This document shows, in pieces, positions 49,823 through 62,000 of a stretch of 62,000 nucleotides of DNA (position 1 is the first letter of the stretch; each line of letters begins with the position of its first letter). The notes beneath the pieces are model-generated. The model searched no databases, was not told the DNA's origin, and was given only the letters and a program-made list of their open reading frames with translations. The position numbers and the translations under genes are program-made. This stretch comes from Wallemia ichthyophaga EXF-994 (lineage: Eukaryota; Fungi; Basidiomycota): NCBI RefSeq assembly GCF_000400465.1, contig NW_008806282.1, positions 206,001 through 268,000 of the forward strand, read 5' to 3'.

Positions 49823-51086
49823 TTAAATGAGATTATTTATATTAGATATCAAAGCCGGCATATACTGTTTACGACTGGCATGTTTATTTTGATTGTAAAC
49901 GACTGTGCCATTCAAAGAGAAGGCAAAGTTACCGCTGATCTTCAGCTTAAGCAGTTCATCAGCTTCTATCCCCTTTCTCAGTTTATCCAAGTGAGCGTTC
50001 AGCTTGCTAGAGGAGGGTACATGCAGTAGCAATTCCCTTCTGTGTTTGTGGCCGCTTTTACTGTTAGGATCGTGATAGCTCGTCCCAATTCCAAGCAAAT
50101 CAAGAGCACCCTCGCCTTTTCCGTCATCTTGAGTGAATCTTTGTATATCTCTCTCAAACGAGTCTATGCCACTTGCGTTTCCGCAAATCCAATCTTCAAG
50201 GCTCATGGGTACAGATGCTAGCCCTAAACTTATTCCATTAGATGCATAGACGCGTTTGTAGTCTCTTTGAAGTAGCTGTGTAGTGTTTAATGATGACACA
50301 TCATTTTTACACTCGGAGAGCGAGCCAAATAGATCGGATGTAGCTACGGTGGATGGCTGTGACGCTTGATGAATACCAGCGAAAGAGGAGCGAGGCAGAA
50401 GGAAGTCGTAAGCCTCAAAATCAACGCTCTGCGCTTTACCACCTTGTTTAAGATTGTTGGTATCCACTATAATAGCCTGAATGAGCAAATCAGCGATGCT
50501 TCTTTCTGTATCTGAATCAATGATCGATTGAGCCCAGGCATGTTTGAAATTGTCCGTAACAAGACTTGCACAGCTTCCAACTGGTGTTCTGACATCCCAT
50601 AAAAGCGCACTCGGGTAACGATCAGGTGCGCCATCGTGATGATCAATAACTGCGACTACATCTGATTCAGGAGATTTCCATTGATTATCAAGTGTAGAAT
50701 GATCCACCAGGGCGTAATTTGTCGCCGGGTCAAAATCATCTTTGATGTCTGAGAAAAAGATCAAAGAGTTTGTATCGATTTTTGCATTTGATAGCGCTAG
50801 TCTGTTCTCAGGACGAAGATTCAAGTCTTCTCTCGACGACTGAACGACGGGAATAGCCTGTTTGAGCGAAATAGGCGCGTTAGAGAGCGTGGATAGGTAG
50901 CTGAATGCAATTGATGAGGCTAGACTGTCCAAGTCTTCATTGTGTGCAATGTGAGATACAAAGACGTAAGTCAAAGGGACACACACCATTAGATTGGTTT
51001 CCGAGTACGATGATCCAATTGCTGATCGACTTAGCTCTCAAATCAGCCATAAATTTCGACCTCGTAGCTGCGAGTAAGGTATTCAT
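49823..51086 (-). CDS. PPX1: Exopolyphosphatase / prune-like DHH phosphoesterase, 2 exons
   Basis: Spliced GNQSN|DLDSLASS, LVDH, IDHH, VGSCASLV, AIIVDT and DHHA2-type LLQRDYK. First AUG at 51086; 52-nt intron at 50935-50986. Confidence 0.85.
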
Positions 51087-51279
51087 CTGTGTTTGTTTGC
51101 TGCGCTGTGTAGAACGTGGGAGAGACGTATATTTGACTTTAACAGCTTGAAATAAAGCAGCTAACACGGTAAACAGTGTAATTAAAATGTATAATTTGTA
51201 TTTGATCGTCGTTGAATGTCCCTTGAATGTCCCTTGAAAACCGACGCTCAGCTCATCGAGACGCAATTCCAACGCGGAT

Positions 51280-52940
51280 ATGAGCTATCCCGAGATACCA
51301 GACATTAGCAGACTAAGTGTTGATACGCGTGGCGCAGAAATCGTAGACGATGTTACAGAGGTGGGCTACGCTGGTATTTCCCGAAATGGAACAAAGTGCT
51401 GATATCAACAACAGGACAAAGATAGTCGGGGAATCTATCTTCCCTTCCATACAGAGTCTGTATCCCATATTGCCCTAGACGTAAGTGCTCGCGCTAGATT
51501 TACCCCCATTTCTTATTAATAACGGGGAACAGATTGGTGGAAGTCTCGCAAAGTGTGTTTATTTCTCGCGGACATCCCGCAGGAGAAGCAGCACAGCGTC
51601 TAGTAAGAGCACGAAGAGCACGAATCGAAACAGTCCCCCACCTCTTCAACCGCCGCCATCACCTAAACCAAACGGAACGCTAACCCCGAACATTCTCAAA
51701 CCAATCAGCAACGACGCATGTACCCCTGTGTCTCCATTGTATAGCTCTGGCGGTAGTTATTTTGACGTTCAGAGCAGCTCTCACTCCGACAGCGCGAAGA
51801 TCAGACCGGGATTCGGCAGTCACGGCCGATCGAAATCTAAACACATACCGGGTGGTCAGCTTAACTTTGTCAAGTTTGAGACTGAGCATATAGAAGAGTG
51901 TATTGACTTCTTGCGCAACCTTATTGATCAATCAGCAAATGTCAATGATGTTAGTCTTGATCAAATGAGGGCCAGCATCAAAATTGTTATGACCGGAGGC
52001 GGTGCCCACAAGCTTGGAGATGTTTTTGAAGACCAGCTCAAGACTGCTGTAGCAAAAGAGGAGGAAATGGAATGTCTGATAACTGGCTTACAGTTTATTA
52101 CAACTATTCCCAAGGAGGTCTTTTGGTGAGTGCTGGGATTGCTGTTAAATCATCATGTCTGACATGTCATCAAAGGTACTCTGATGAGTTGGTGTACTCA
52201 GTCAGTCACAAGAAGCAGAAGAAAACTATATTACCCCAAGAGGAACTTCCAAGGCCATCGCCGAACCCGCCCCAGTTTAGCGTCAGCTTCGACAAACCGA
52301 CTGAGTTTGAGTATCCTTGTCTGCTTGTCAACATCGGATCAGGGGTGTCTATTATCAAAGTGAACTCCGACGGCTCCTTCGAGCGTGTCTCTGGAACCTC
52401 TCTTGGTGGGGGAACACTTTGGGGTTTATTGTCGCTCCTCACGCCAGCCACGTCGTTTGATGAGATGTTAGCGTTGTCAGAAACAGGAGATAACAACTCA
52501 GTAGATATGCTCGTAGGCGATATTTACGGTAGCGATTACGGAAAAATTGGTTTAAAGGCGACGACAATCGCTTCATCATTCGGTAAGGTTTTCAAGAAAG
52601 GCGATAACAATCGCAAGAAAGAATTCAAGCCTGAAGACATCAGTAAAAGTATGTTGTTCATGATCAGCAACAATATTGGTCACATTGCGTACATGCAAGC
52701 AGAGAAACATAACGTGGATAGAATCTATTTTGGAGGGTGTTTCATTAGAGGTTTGTGAAATGTGTTGGCTGATTCTTTTCTCACACCATCGTAATAGGAC
52801 ACGCTGCTACGATCTCAACCCTCAGCTATGCTATCCGTTTTTGGAGCAAAGGTACGAAAAGGGCCATGTTCCTTCGTCATGAGGGCTTCTTAGGTAGTCT
52901 TGGTGCTTGGATAAAGAACATAGACGAAGAGCACTACTGA
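51280..52940 (+). CDS. CAB1: Type II pantothenate kinase
   Basis: Motifs HIALD|IGGSLAK, MTGGGAHK, EMECLITGL, LLVNIGSGVS, GTSLGGGT, DMLVGDIYG and YFGGCFIR. Confidence 0.93.
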
Positions 52941-53030
52941 TTACCAATGAGAAATGTATCCCTTCTGATTGATTACTAGTCTATTGTAAAACTGTATTTC
53001 TAAGTATACATTTGTTAACGCAAGACAACC

Positions 53031-53796
53031 ATGGGGGATCTGCAATTAGGTGAGCAGAATGCGTAAGGACTTGGCAAAATTTAATGTGCGTCTAGATAGT
53101 ATATTTGGTAGATCGCCCTCACCACCACCAGCAGCGCCACCAAAGTACGAGAGCTACACTTACAAAGGACGAGAATTGAAGATACGGTTAGAATCATTTC
53201 ATCCATTGTGGGCGCATTATCTCTGGAATGCAAGTAGAGTATTCTGTAACTATCTAATCAACAACAATCTGTGTAAAGGAAAGAGCGTATGCGAGTTGGG
53301 TGCAGGAGCCGGACTTCCGTCGCTAGTCTCAGCGTTGGAAGGAGCAGATAAGACGGTGGTTACAGACTACCCAGATGAGCCGCTTTTGAACAACCTCCGA
53401 ATCAACGTCGGTGAATGCTTAGAAGAAAACGCTCAGAACAAGATAAAGGTTGAGGGATTTGTTTGGGGTTCTGATATAGCAAATCTCCTTGCAGCCAACA
53501 ACGGCAACAAATTTGACATTCTTATTCTGTCTGATTTGGTGTTTAACCATTCTCAGCACAACTCGCTGCTGAAAAGTTGTAAGGGATTGATAGCCCAAGG
53601 TGGACAGTGTCTCGTCTTTTTCAGTCACCACCGCCCACATAAGGCTAAAGAGGATATGGGATTCTTCGATAAAGCTGCAGAAGAAGGCTGGATTGTCGAG
53701 CGTGTAGTGGAAGAGCGTGTTGGCGTCATGTTCGAAGAAGACACTGGAGATGAAGGTGTCCGAGCCACAGTGCATGGATTTAAGCTTACATTGTAG
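53031..53796 (+). CDS. EFM7: Protein N-terminal/lysine N-methyltransferase Efm7 (Nnt1)
   Basis: Motifs HPLWAHYLWNA, CELGAGAGLPS, VVTDYPD, ILSDLVFNHSQH and FFSHHRP. First exon MGDLQL. Confidence 0.85.
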
Positions 53797-53866
53797 ATAC
53801 TGTAGATGCTTTTTGTAATATTCTCCTTATCTCGTGGATTCTGTTATTCCAACTAATACGATCATC

Positions 53867-54160
53867 ATGAGCGAGAGACTCGGTTTGCCAGCTCCACCTG
53901 CAGATGGAGAGAAGACGACGGTGCAAGTCAATGGAGAAAGCCTCAGCCTTGATCATCTCGGTCCAATGGTGGTCAATTCCGACGGCACATTGAGCAGGAT
54001 ACAGAATTGGGAAGGAATGAGTCAGATCGAGAGGGAAAAAACGCTGAGACTGATAGTTAAACGGAACAGGTGAGCTGGAGCTGCTTTGAGATGTTTGAAA
54101 ACCAGCTAAAGCACCTTAACCAGACAAAGATTAGACAAGCTCCAATCCGAGGGAAAGTAA
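53867..54160 (+). CDS. Small conserved-looking fungal hypothetical protein, 2 exons
   Basis: LDHLGPMVVNSDGTLSRIQNW..MS..ER..TLR...KRN|RQRLDKL. GT-AG intron at 54069-54123. Confidence 0.7.
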
Positions 54161-54911
54161 AATAGATTATGCATTACAATAAACTCAGAAATTATTTTTG
54201 AAAACAGCTTTGATATAGCTGATTGAGTGTATGGGATGTACGCTATCGGTTTCGTCAGTAATCGTGATAAGAATATCTTGGATACCCAGAAATTGAGTAC
54301 CATGTGAGCCAGTAGCTTATAATGACCTTGCTGTAATGTGACAAGGTATTTAATGGTTCATCTGCGATGACTCACAAATACAACTGTCAAGATTGGGTTT
54401 CCCAGCCGGAATCTGCGTATGAAGACGGCAACGACGCTTGTTGAAAATATAAGCATCGCCCCTACTCTTATGGGCTAGTTTTGCATCAATATAAGCACAT
54501 CTCGCGTGCTAAGCCCAAGTATAAACATTCCCTTGAGCTGTTTATACCAGTACATTATGAGTCTGTGATATAGAACTGAGCCAATGTACCATAAACCTTG
54601 GAAACTAATTCGAGAACAATCCCGAGCACAAATAAATTTACCGATGTGCTCGATGTCTTATCTTAAGCATCATAGCGCGGTTGACTGACCGCCGAACAAA
54701 GCGAACAACGTAGTTCTTAATAGGACAATAAGAGACATTGATGGTGAGGCTATTCCATTAGCAAAGCAGACCGTAAAGCCCAGAAGATGCTGCTTCCAAC
54801 TCAGATCGAAGTAGCTGAATGCATAGCTCTTATTGCTCTAAGTTGTTCATATGATCAATTAGTACGCAAAGCTAGCCAATGCGTATTATCATACCGTACA
54901 AGCTTATCCAT
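54106..54911 (-). CDS. SFT2/Got1-family vesicle transport protein; exon chain only partly resolved, may be a pseudogene
   Basis: MDKL|...FDLSWKQHLLGFTVCFANGI, QLKGMF (54523-54540), PIRVG, WYSIS and YIPY occur in the order expected for SFT2D-type proteins. Confidence 0.6.
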
Positions 54912-55093
54912 CCTTTATTTGATGGAATGGCCATGCTGCGTGAAGTATGCCAAAGACAAACGCGATTCTTTGTATTGCTGTGTATGGTGTATTACTCAAG
55001 TGGTTTGTAGCATTGTATCTCATACGAGCGATCGTGTCAGTCCGGTTAGTGGCAGTTGCCTCTTCGACTCCGACGACGATCTACACGATCAGG

Positions 55094-56777
55094 ATGAATT
55101 TGTCTTCAATGATCAATACAGACGAGCCACAAGCTAGCGCTGAAGGAAGTATACCAGCTGCACCGCAATCACAACACCCTGCATATCCTTACCCACAACC
55201 ACACCCTCAATCGCATCCACATTCTCACCCTCATTCGCTAATTGCTAGCCACGCGCTAACGCATCCTCAATCTCAGGGCTCTGAGCAGCCATCAGTACTA
55301 CCTTCCGTGTTGCAGCAGCCACACTCACAACCACGACAACCACTGCCTCAACCGCATCAGCTTTACAAAGGACTTGAGAAACCACACGATCATCCATCGC
55401 TCAATTGCTGGGAGCTGCCTTACATCTGGGCTGCAATTACGCGATTTATACCCATAGTACAACATGAGCTTCTAGACGGTGTCAGAGAGTAAGTTAGCTA
55501 CTTTTTCGATGATAAGGTATTCAATTTGCTTGTTTAGGCTGGAGGAAGCTTTGACTGCTTCGCCTGGTACTGTACATCCAACTGTTCACTTGGTTATGGA
55601 GCACATAGTCAGAATCTTTAAGCCAAAAATGTCGAATACTGAGTGAGTCGCTTGGGTTAGGTACTGAGGTAGCTGCTGATTTATTCATTAGTCCTGATGC
55701 GCTCGCCAAGCAAATTCAGTTACAGCTTTCTGATATCAAGCATTGGCCGGAGGAAGTAGTTGACCAGCCATCAGGCGCTGTCGTGGAAGACAGACCACTG
55801 AAAGATGGGAAATCATTTTGGGAAGCTGGGTGGAGGGAGAAGGTGGGTGTGATATGTTATTTGCACAATTCTAATATCAAATTAAGGTTTCTGTTATGAG
55901 ACATCTGGTTGATTTGTCGCTCTCAACACCTCAGATAAAGGACATGATAGAGAAAAACTACAGAGTATCTACAGTAGAAAGGCACAGGAAACGTCGTGAT
56001 GATCCCAAAGATAACGCTTTAGTTCTACCACCAGTAGGTGAAGACAGTAAAAGACAGAGACTTTGGGTTCTAGACGACAACCCAAGGGTGTACATATCTG
56101 GTAACCCATGGAAGAAGTCAACGACAATGACTGCTGTTACTGATACTATGGAGGATGTCGTCGCTTTGGCCAACAGTTACGCAATGTCTTCTTATCAGTC
56201 TGAAATGAAAGCCATGGAAGTTGCACAGACTGACAAATCACTGTGGAAACAACTGATGAATAACGCTAAAAAGGAGAGAGATCTGGCTGAATCATTAGCT
56301 GGGCAGCGCCAAGGTGCGTTCCTGCGCCGATGTGAAGCAGAGGAATCTAGGATTGCTCCAATGAAAAGAAGAAGGAAAGAGGAAGCAGAGGAATCAGAAA
56401 AGCACCTGTCTCAACACCCAGAAGAACGAAGGAATGTTGGTTATGGAGATGGTGAACAAACGCTGAAAAAGGAGTACGAAGATCCTCGTAGGGAAGATAG
56501 GGAAGATAGGGAAGATAATCACATCGATATAAAGAAAGAAGAATTTGCAATTGTGAGTCCTGCATTTACTTTATGTGAATAGTGATTAACAATACTTAAG
56601 CGAGATAAAGATGATGACGGACGGGAGCCAGAAGTGGAAGAGCCAGATGGAAGAAGGTCAAGGAGACAAACACATAATCGATCACAGACACCGTCAAAGC
56701 AAGGAACGCCATCAGACAAGTCGACGCGTTCTTCATCACGCTTAAATACCAACCAAGATGTGAGAATGGAAGAATGA
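55094..56777 (+). CDS. Nuclear protein with WHIM/WSD-like motif (possible ISWI accessory subunit), multi-exon
   Basis: CWELPYIWAAITRF, VLMRHLVDLSL and LPPVGEDSKRQRLWVLDDNPRVY (WSD-like G.D...R.W); P/Q/H-rich N-terminus and charged tail. Confidence 0.55.
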
Positions 56778-56898
56778 GCATGTAAATTTTGATATAAATT
56801 GATTTGAATACGCCTTCGCTTGGAGTTTGTTTCCTCACCTTTGCCATTGGTTTTAATAGATCTTCAACTCGCACCCTCGCACCACAAGCAAGTTAAAA

Positions 56899-58231
56899 AT
56901 GTTACCAAGAGTATTCATTGACTGGAATATCGACGGCGAATACGCTGGTAGATTGATATTTGAATTATACAGCGACAAAGTACCAAAGACGGCCGAGAAC
57001 TTCAAATCCCTCTGTACGGGTGAGAGAGGATCAGATGAGGCTACAGGTGGGTTACGATGCTCGAATGAATCTACAAGGCTTATGCTGGTGTACAGGAAAC
57101 AGCCTCACCTACAAGAACTCCATCTCTCACCGCATAATCAAAGGTTTCATGATACAGTTTGGTGATATCACAAATGGAAACGGTACGGGTGGTTTGTCCA
57201 TCTATGGAGGTAAATTCGAGGATGAGAACTTTGATCTTAAGCATACGAAGCGCGGTCAATTGTCCATGGCTAATGCAGGTCCCGACACAGTGAGTTCGGT
57301 GTCAGTTTCTTTATGATCTAGACTTAAGGTTATTTAGAATGGATCTCAAGTGTTTGTTACTTTTTGCCCCTGCCCGCATTTAGATGGAAGGTGTGTTTGT
57401 TACACTGGTACGCTTTCACAATAGTCTAAACATATACACGCAGACATGTCGTTTTCGGTGAACTTGCTAAAGGCAAAGGATTGCTGCGTAGAGTGAGCTA
57501 CTTATAAGTTGACTAGTGTTTCGCTAAACCTCAATTTAGCTCGAAAATACACAAACTGTTGACAACGACTTCCCTGCCGTCGACGTGCGTATCGTTGATT
57601 CAGGTTTAGTCCGAGAGGGAGAGGATGACGGTGTACCTCCACTCTCAATTGGTGATCATGAGGTAGGCTCATTTAAACATTCGATATGCTGCTAACCGTT
57701 ACAAAGGATTACCCTGAAGACGATGACGCAGAGACTGAGAAGCCAGAAGTAGCGTTGGAGATAGCTCAATCAATTAAAGACAAGGGAGCTCAATGCTTCA
57801 AGCAGCAGGACGTTGAAGGAGCTTTAGATCAATGGGAGAAAGCTATAAGATACCTTGACGTTAATCCAGTTTTGCCCGAGGAAACTGCGAACGTTACCAA
57901 AGCATTATACTCAACAACGAGAGTACAATTATACTTGAACGCTTCTTTAGCCGCTCTCAAGTTAAACAAAGCGCCTGTAGCCGAGTCAATGGCAACGAAA
58001 GCTATCAGAGTACCACCAACTAAGAGTCAAGACATAGCCAAGGGTTTGTACAGGAGAGCGCTTGCAAAATCAGCACGTAAGAATGATGCCGGTGCTCTTG
58101 ACGATCTCCATTACGCAATCAAAGTCGAACCTCAAGACAAAAACATACATAGCCAAATAGCTACCCTCGAAAAGAAGGTGGAGGGCTTCAAATTGAAAGA
58201 AAAACAAGTTTACAGTAAAATGTTTGAATAA
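56899..58231 (+). CDS. CPR6: Cyclophilin-40 type PPIase with TPR domain
   Basis: [14 protein letters not shown]...[35 protein letters not shown]|NGSQ, HVVFG, then a TPR region with ALYRRA. Confidence 0.92.
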
Positions 58232-58410
58232 ATGTTTGTTATCTGCCTTTTGAAATTATGGAGACCACGACGGATAAGCATTCTGACTGTATATGTAGAG
58301 AATGACTTCTCTCTTTATAAAAGACTTGAAAAAAACCCTATGAAATGTAGGCTTTGCATTTGAGTTCCACTCACTCGTTTTCTAACCTCGACCACCAACC
58401 AAATATCTCA

Positions 58411-61069
58411 ATGAGCGGTTATTACGATAACAGAGGCGGAAGTAGACGAGGCGGAAGAGACGGAGGGAGTAGAGGTGGTTACCAAAAGCGTAATTTCTAT
58501 AGGGATGATCACGTCGAACCTCAAAGAGATACTCGCTGGGAGAAGCTTGAATCTCGCATAAAGAACCTCGCAGAAGATGATGTACGTAAGGGCTAGTTTG
58601 TTAAATATCTCATAACATATCTTAGGGATTTGAAATAGAATCTGATCTACCAAGATTAGCTAGAGCTATTCAAGCCGCGTTTGAATACTACGAAGATGTG
58701 ATCCCAGATACAATTTACAAGTTTTTTACACAACAACCCCACAAATCTCAGTTATATGCATCGCTGGTCTTACTTTTGTCTATTTCATTTGACAACCAAG
58801 ATAATCAAGACGCTGGAATTGTTGGTCAGAAAGTACTCGACCACTGTTTGATTAGATGGAAGGATGCCTTGGAAAGTAGAAGATGGATGGAAATGAGAAT
58901 TGGCACTAACTTCTTTGCCAACTTGGTTCCTGCTCTTATTTCACCTGAATCGTTCTATGAGACTATTAACACGTTCGTCAAAGTGCTAGAGGAGCCAGGC
59001 GTATCATCGCTTCGAGCCGAAAGAGCGATTGAGTGTGCATCCGAAGCACTTATATACGCTAGCAGCTTCCTCACAACTCAATCAAAAGAAAGATACGAAG
59101 GTTTCGTAAACAGAATAGAGCAGTATGTTCAAAATGAAGAGATAAATGACACGAGACTGTTGCTCTACCCATGGGTCAATCTACCAAAAAATAACAGCAG
59201 GAACAAGGTTGACAATTGTGTCGATCCAATTCAAATTTATATCAAGACTTTACGTTCTCTTTCCGAGTCAGAATTTAAAGATCCTAAGCTACCTTTGTTT
59301 GATATAGAAGAGGTTTTACCAACTGTCCGAGAAGTTGATCCTGCATTACGCACAGAATTACCCAGCTTGTTGGTACCAGCTGACGATTATAATACTACCT
59401 CAAGGCCCAACAGTGAACTTTCTAGATGGAAGTTACATATTATCGAAGATGACACAGTCCCTTCACCTGACTCTGGAGATGGCGTCATTGTTTACTCCGT
59501 CCTCAGAGATATGATTACGCTATACAATAGAAATAGGATCGACTGCGCAAAAATATTGATGGACGTGCCTACATTCTTTCAAGGTAATCTTTTCAATGTT
59601 GATGGGTATAGTTTGGAGTCTACCCTTGTTTCAACAATTTTGAGCGAGTTACTCACCCTTCCTGAGCCCAAACATCCCAAACTTTATTACTCTAGTCTTA
59701 TTACTGAGCTATGTAAGCTAAGTCCAAAGACCGTTGCTCCAGCTCTTGGTAGATCCATACGCAAAATATATGGCTTCATCGGTGAGGGCTTGGATGTAGA
59801 GATCATAATGCGATTCAGCGAGTGGTTTGCAACTCATCTGTCCAACTTTGGCTTCAATTGGGTGTGGAAAGAATGGTGGGTTGCTACACGTAATGAAATA
59901 AATCCTCTAACCATGACAAAAGGATACCTGATTTAGACTTACCTGACAATCATCCAAAGAGGATGTTTATCAAAAGGGTGATTGAATTGGAGATTCGTTT
60001 GAGCTATTTCGATAGGATTAATCAAACACTTCCCGAGGCACTCCTCAACAAGGCTGGTATGGTGGTATCTCCAATGCCAAACTTCATCTACGCGAACGAA
60101 GAGCATCCATATAATGCAACAACAACGAGTGTTATGGATTCAATGAGAAACAAGATAACGTCAGATGCCATGATAAAGAATATCGTCAAAATCGAAGAAG
60201 ATTTGAAAGAGAATCCATCATTACCACAAAGCGGAAACTCTGCTAAGAAGGTTGCTAGAGATATAGCCACGCAGTGTTTATTAAATGTTGGCTCGAGATC
60301 TTTCTCTCACTTTCTCAATGTGATTGAGAAGTACATTGAAGTCATAAAATATCTCACTGCTGATAAAGATTCCCGTATCGATTTGCTGAGATCTGTTGGT
60401 AGGTTTTGGGTAAGAAACAGTCAAATGAAGAAGATAATAGTGGACAAATTGCTTCAATACAGACTGATTGAACCAACTGATGTTGTTCAATGGTTATTCA
60501 ATCCAAACGATCCAGAATTCCCTTCGGAAGTTGATGACACCGTGTATCAAATAGGATGGTCAGATTTAAACTTTGGAGATTTATTAAAAACCGCTCTCAA
60601 CAAGGTCAACACCAGAGTAAATCAACAATATCAAAAGTTAGTTGAAACGAAGAAAAATGATGAGGAAGTCGCATCGATTGCTAAAGCGCGTAACATGGAG
60701 ATAGACAATGAAGATGAGACTACTAAGGAAGAAGAAAGAAGAGATTACTCACAGCTGCAATTAACGTTTGACAATCTCAACAGAGAGCAAAGAGAATGTT
60801 TCGTCTTGCTTGTTCAAGCATTTGTTGAAGCGTTAGAAGGTGTCGACAGTATTTCTGACAAGAGTATAGAAGAGTATACAGATCAAGATTGGGACAAGTG
60901 GTTATCTTGGTCATGGTACCAAGCTTTCTTGAGAGAATATTGGCCATCTATCTCCGAAACTGTGGAGACCATTCAGGTACTATCGTTCAATTCTCTAACA
61001 GACAAAGAAAACGACCCTCGCTGGCAATTGTGGAAATCTGCCCTTGCCTTGTCGAACAGATGCAATTGA
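58411..61069 (+). CDS. STO1: Nuclear cap-binding complex large subunit (CBP80/NCBP1, MIF4G-like)
   Basis: QQPHKSQLYASL, YYSSLITELCK, RFSEWFATHLSNFGFNWVWKEW, LEIRLSYFDRI, LLNVGSRSFSH and IVDKLLQYRLI. Confidence 0.92.
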
Positions 61070-61266
61070 TGCTTCTTAAATAAATCTATTAAATTTAAAA
61101 TCCATGCTTTTTTGTTATTCAAATTAAAAGCTGAAGTTTTGCAGGTCATAAGTAAGGTCATTTGACTCACATATGATTAGAAAAGGGTACCTGTTTCGCA
61201 ATCGTTTCTAAGAATTGAGCGACTGCGTCTCGCTTCATTGAAAACCTCAACCCAATACAACAGAGT

Positions 61267-62000
61267 ATGAGCCACGTACACTCAATAGCAAAGGAAGGAT
61301 TCGGTCCCAACTCAAACTTGTACGATGAGCATCGTCCCAGCTATTCAGAAGAAGCGGTATCCGAGGTAAGTCGGACGGGGTGGTTGTGTACTTAACCAAC
61401 GATGTGCAGATCATTAGAAATATCCCCAATAAGCCAGCTAGAGTGTTAGAATTAGGAAGTGGAACCGGAATTTTCACAAGAGCGCTTTTAAGTCATACAA
61501 CTACTGAGATTCAAAGTTTGATAGCAGCCGAACCGAGTGAAGACATGAGAAAGACCTGTGCTGATAGCTTAAACAATGACATTGTTAAAGGACGAGAAGT
61601 CGAAGTCATTGAAGGCACTTTTGAACACATAGAGGCAGAGGACGACTTATTCGACATCGTGATCATAGCTCAAGCTTATCATTGGTGTGCAGACTATGAC
61701 AAGTCTTTGAAAGAGCTCAAAAGAGTTATGAAGCCTCACGGTAAACTAGCCCTTACGTGGAACATGGAAGACAAATATAATAAGAAATGGGTTGCAAATG
61801 CGAGAAACATATATGAGAAGTATGATGTTGGCACACCGCAATACAGATTAGGGGAATGGAAAGCTCTTTTTGATACAGACGCTTACAGATCTTATTACAA
61901 AGGAGTTGATTATAACAAGTACCTTAGGCATCTTCCACTATCCTTACAAGGATACAAAGATAGGCAAAGCACGAAATCTTTCATCAACATCCTTCCTATC
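61267..62000 (+). CDS. Class I SAM-dependent methyltransferase, runs off the window end
   Basis: GF....LYDEHRPSYS|, VLELGSGTGIFTR, IAAEPS, GTFE and DIVIIAQAYHW. Confidence 0.85.

Noticed and set aside
51213-51238. 11-bp direct repeat TGAATGTCCCT x2 between PPX1 and the pantothenate kinase
   Set aside because: Only two units, most simply a slippage duplication; not an array.

Overview
Eukaryotic, very gene-dense fungal DNA, not prokaryotic. About 36 protein-coding genes lie in 62 kb, with many 40-60 nt GT-AG introns and intergenic gaps often under 100 bp. Protein style and compaction suggest a compact basidiomycete such as Wallemia (inference, not verified). The genes are mostly housekeeping: a WRN/EXD2-like exonuclease, a PEX8-like peroxin, an ODC carrier, two tandem aldo-keto reductases, SKI2, purU, ASN1, GatA/HER2, FIS1, CUE3/ASCC2-like, HEI10, LEU1, eIF2A, SEC23, a bestrophin, YRA1-like, an MFS transporter, SEC14-like, PWP2, an ABC1 kinase, BST1, a CID/RS protein, PPX1, pantothenate kinase, EFM7, an SFT2-like gene, CPR6, CBP80 and a truncated methyltransferase. 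I found no tRNA, rRNA, CRISPR array or intact transposon, and I cannot support a claim of a complete new multi-gene system. The strongest leads are: (1) the two largest gene-free gaps (19.56-20.43 kb and 43.74-44.60 kb) are diverged, colinear, inverted copies of one ~860 bp sequence; (2) a UGA-CUU stop in the second aldo-keto reductase whose readthrough would add a C-terminal HKL peroxisomal signal; (3) divergent gene pairs whose ATGs are only 26-30 bp apart, and co-oriented gene strings with 53-140 bp gaps; (4) a possible non-AUG, membrane-anchoring N-terminal extension of PPX1; (5) an SFT2-like gene largely invisible in the ORF track. Exon boundaries were read by eye, so gene coordinates are outer spans and some starts are uncertain.
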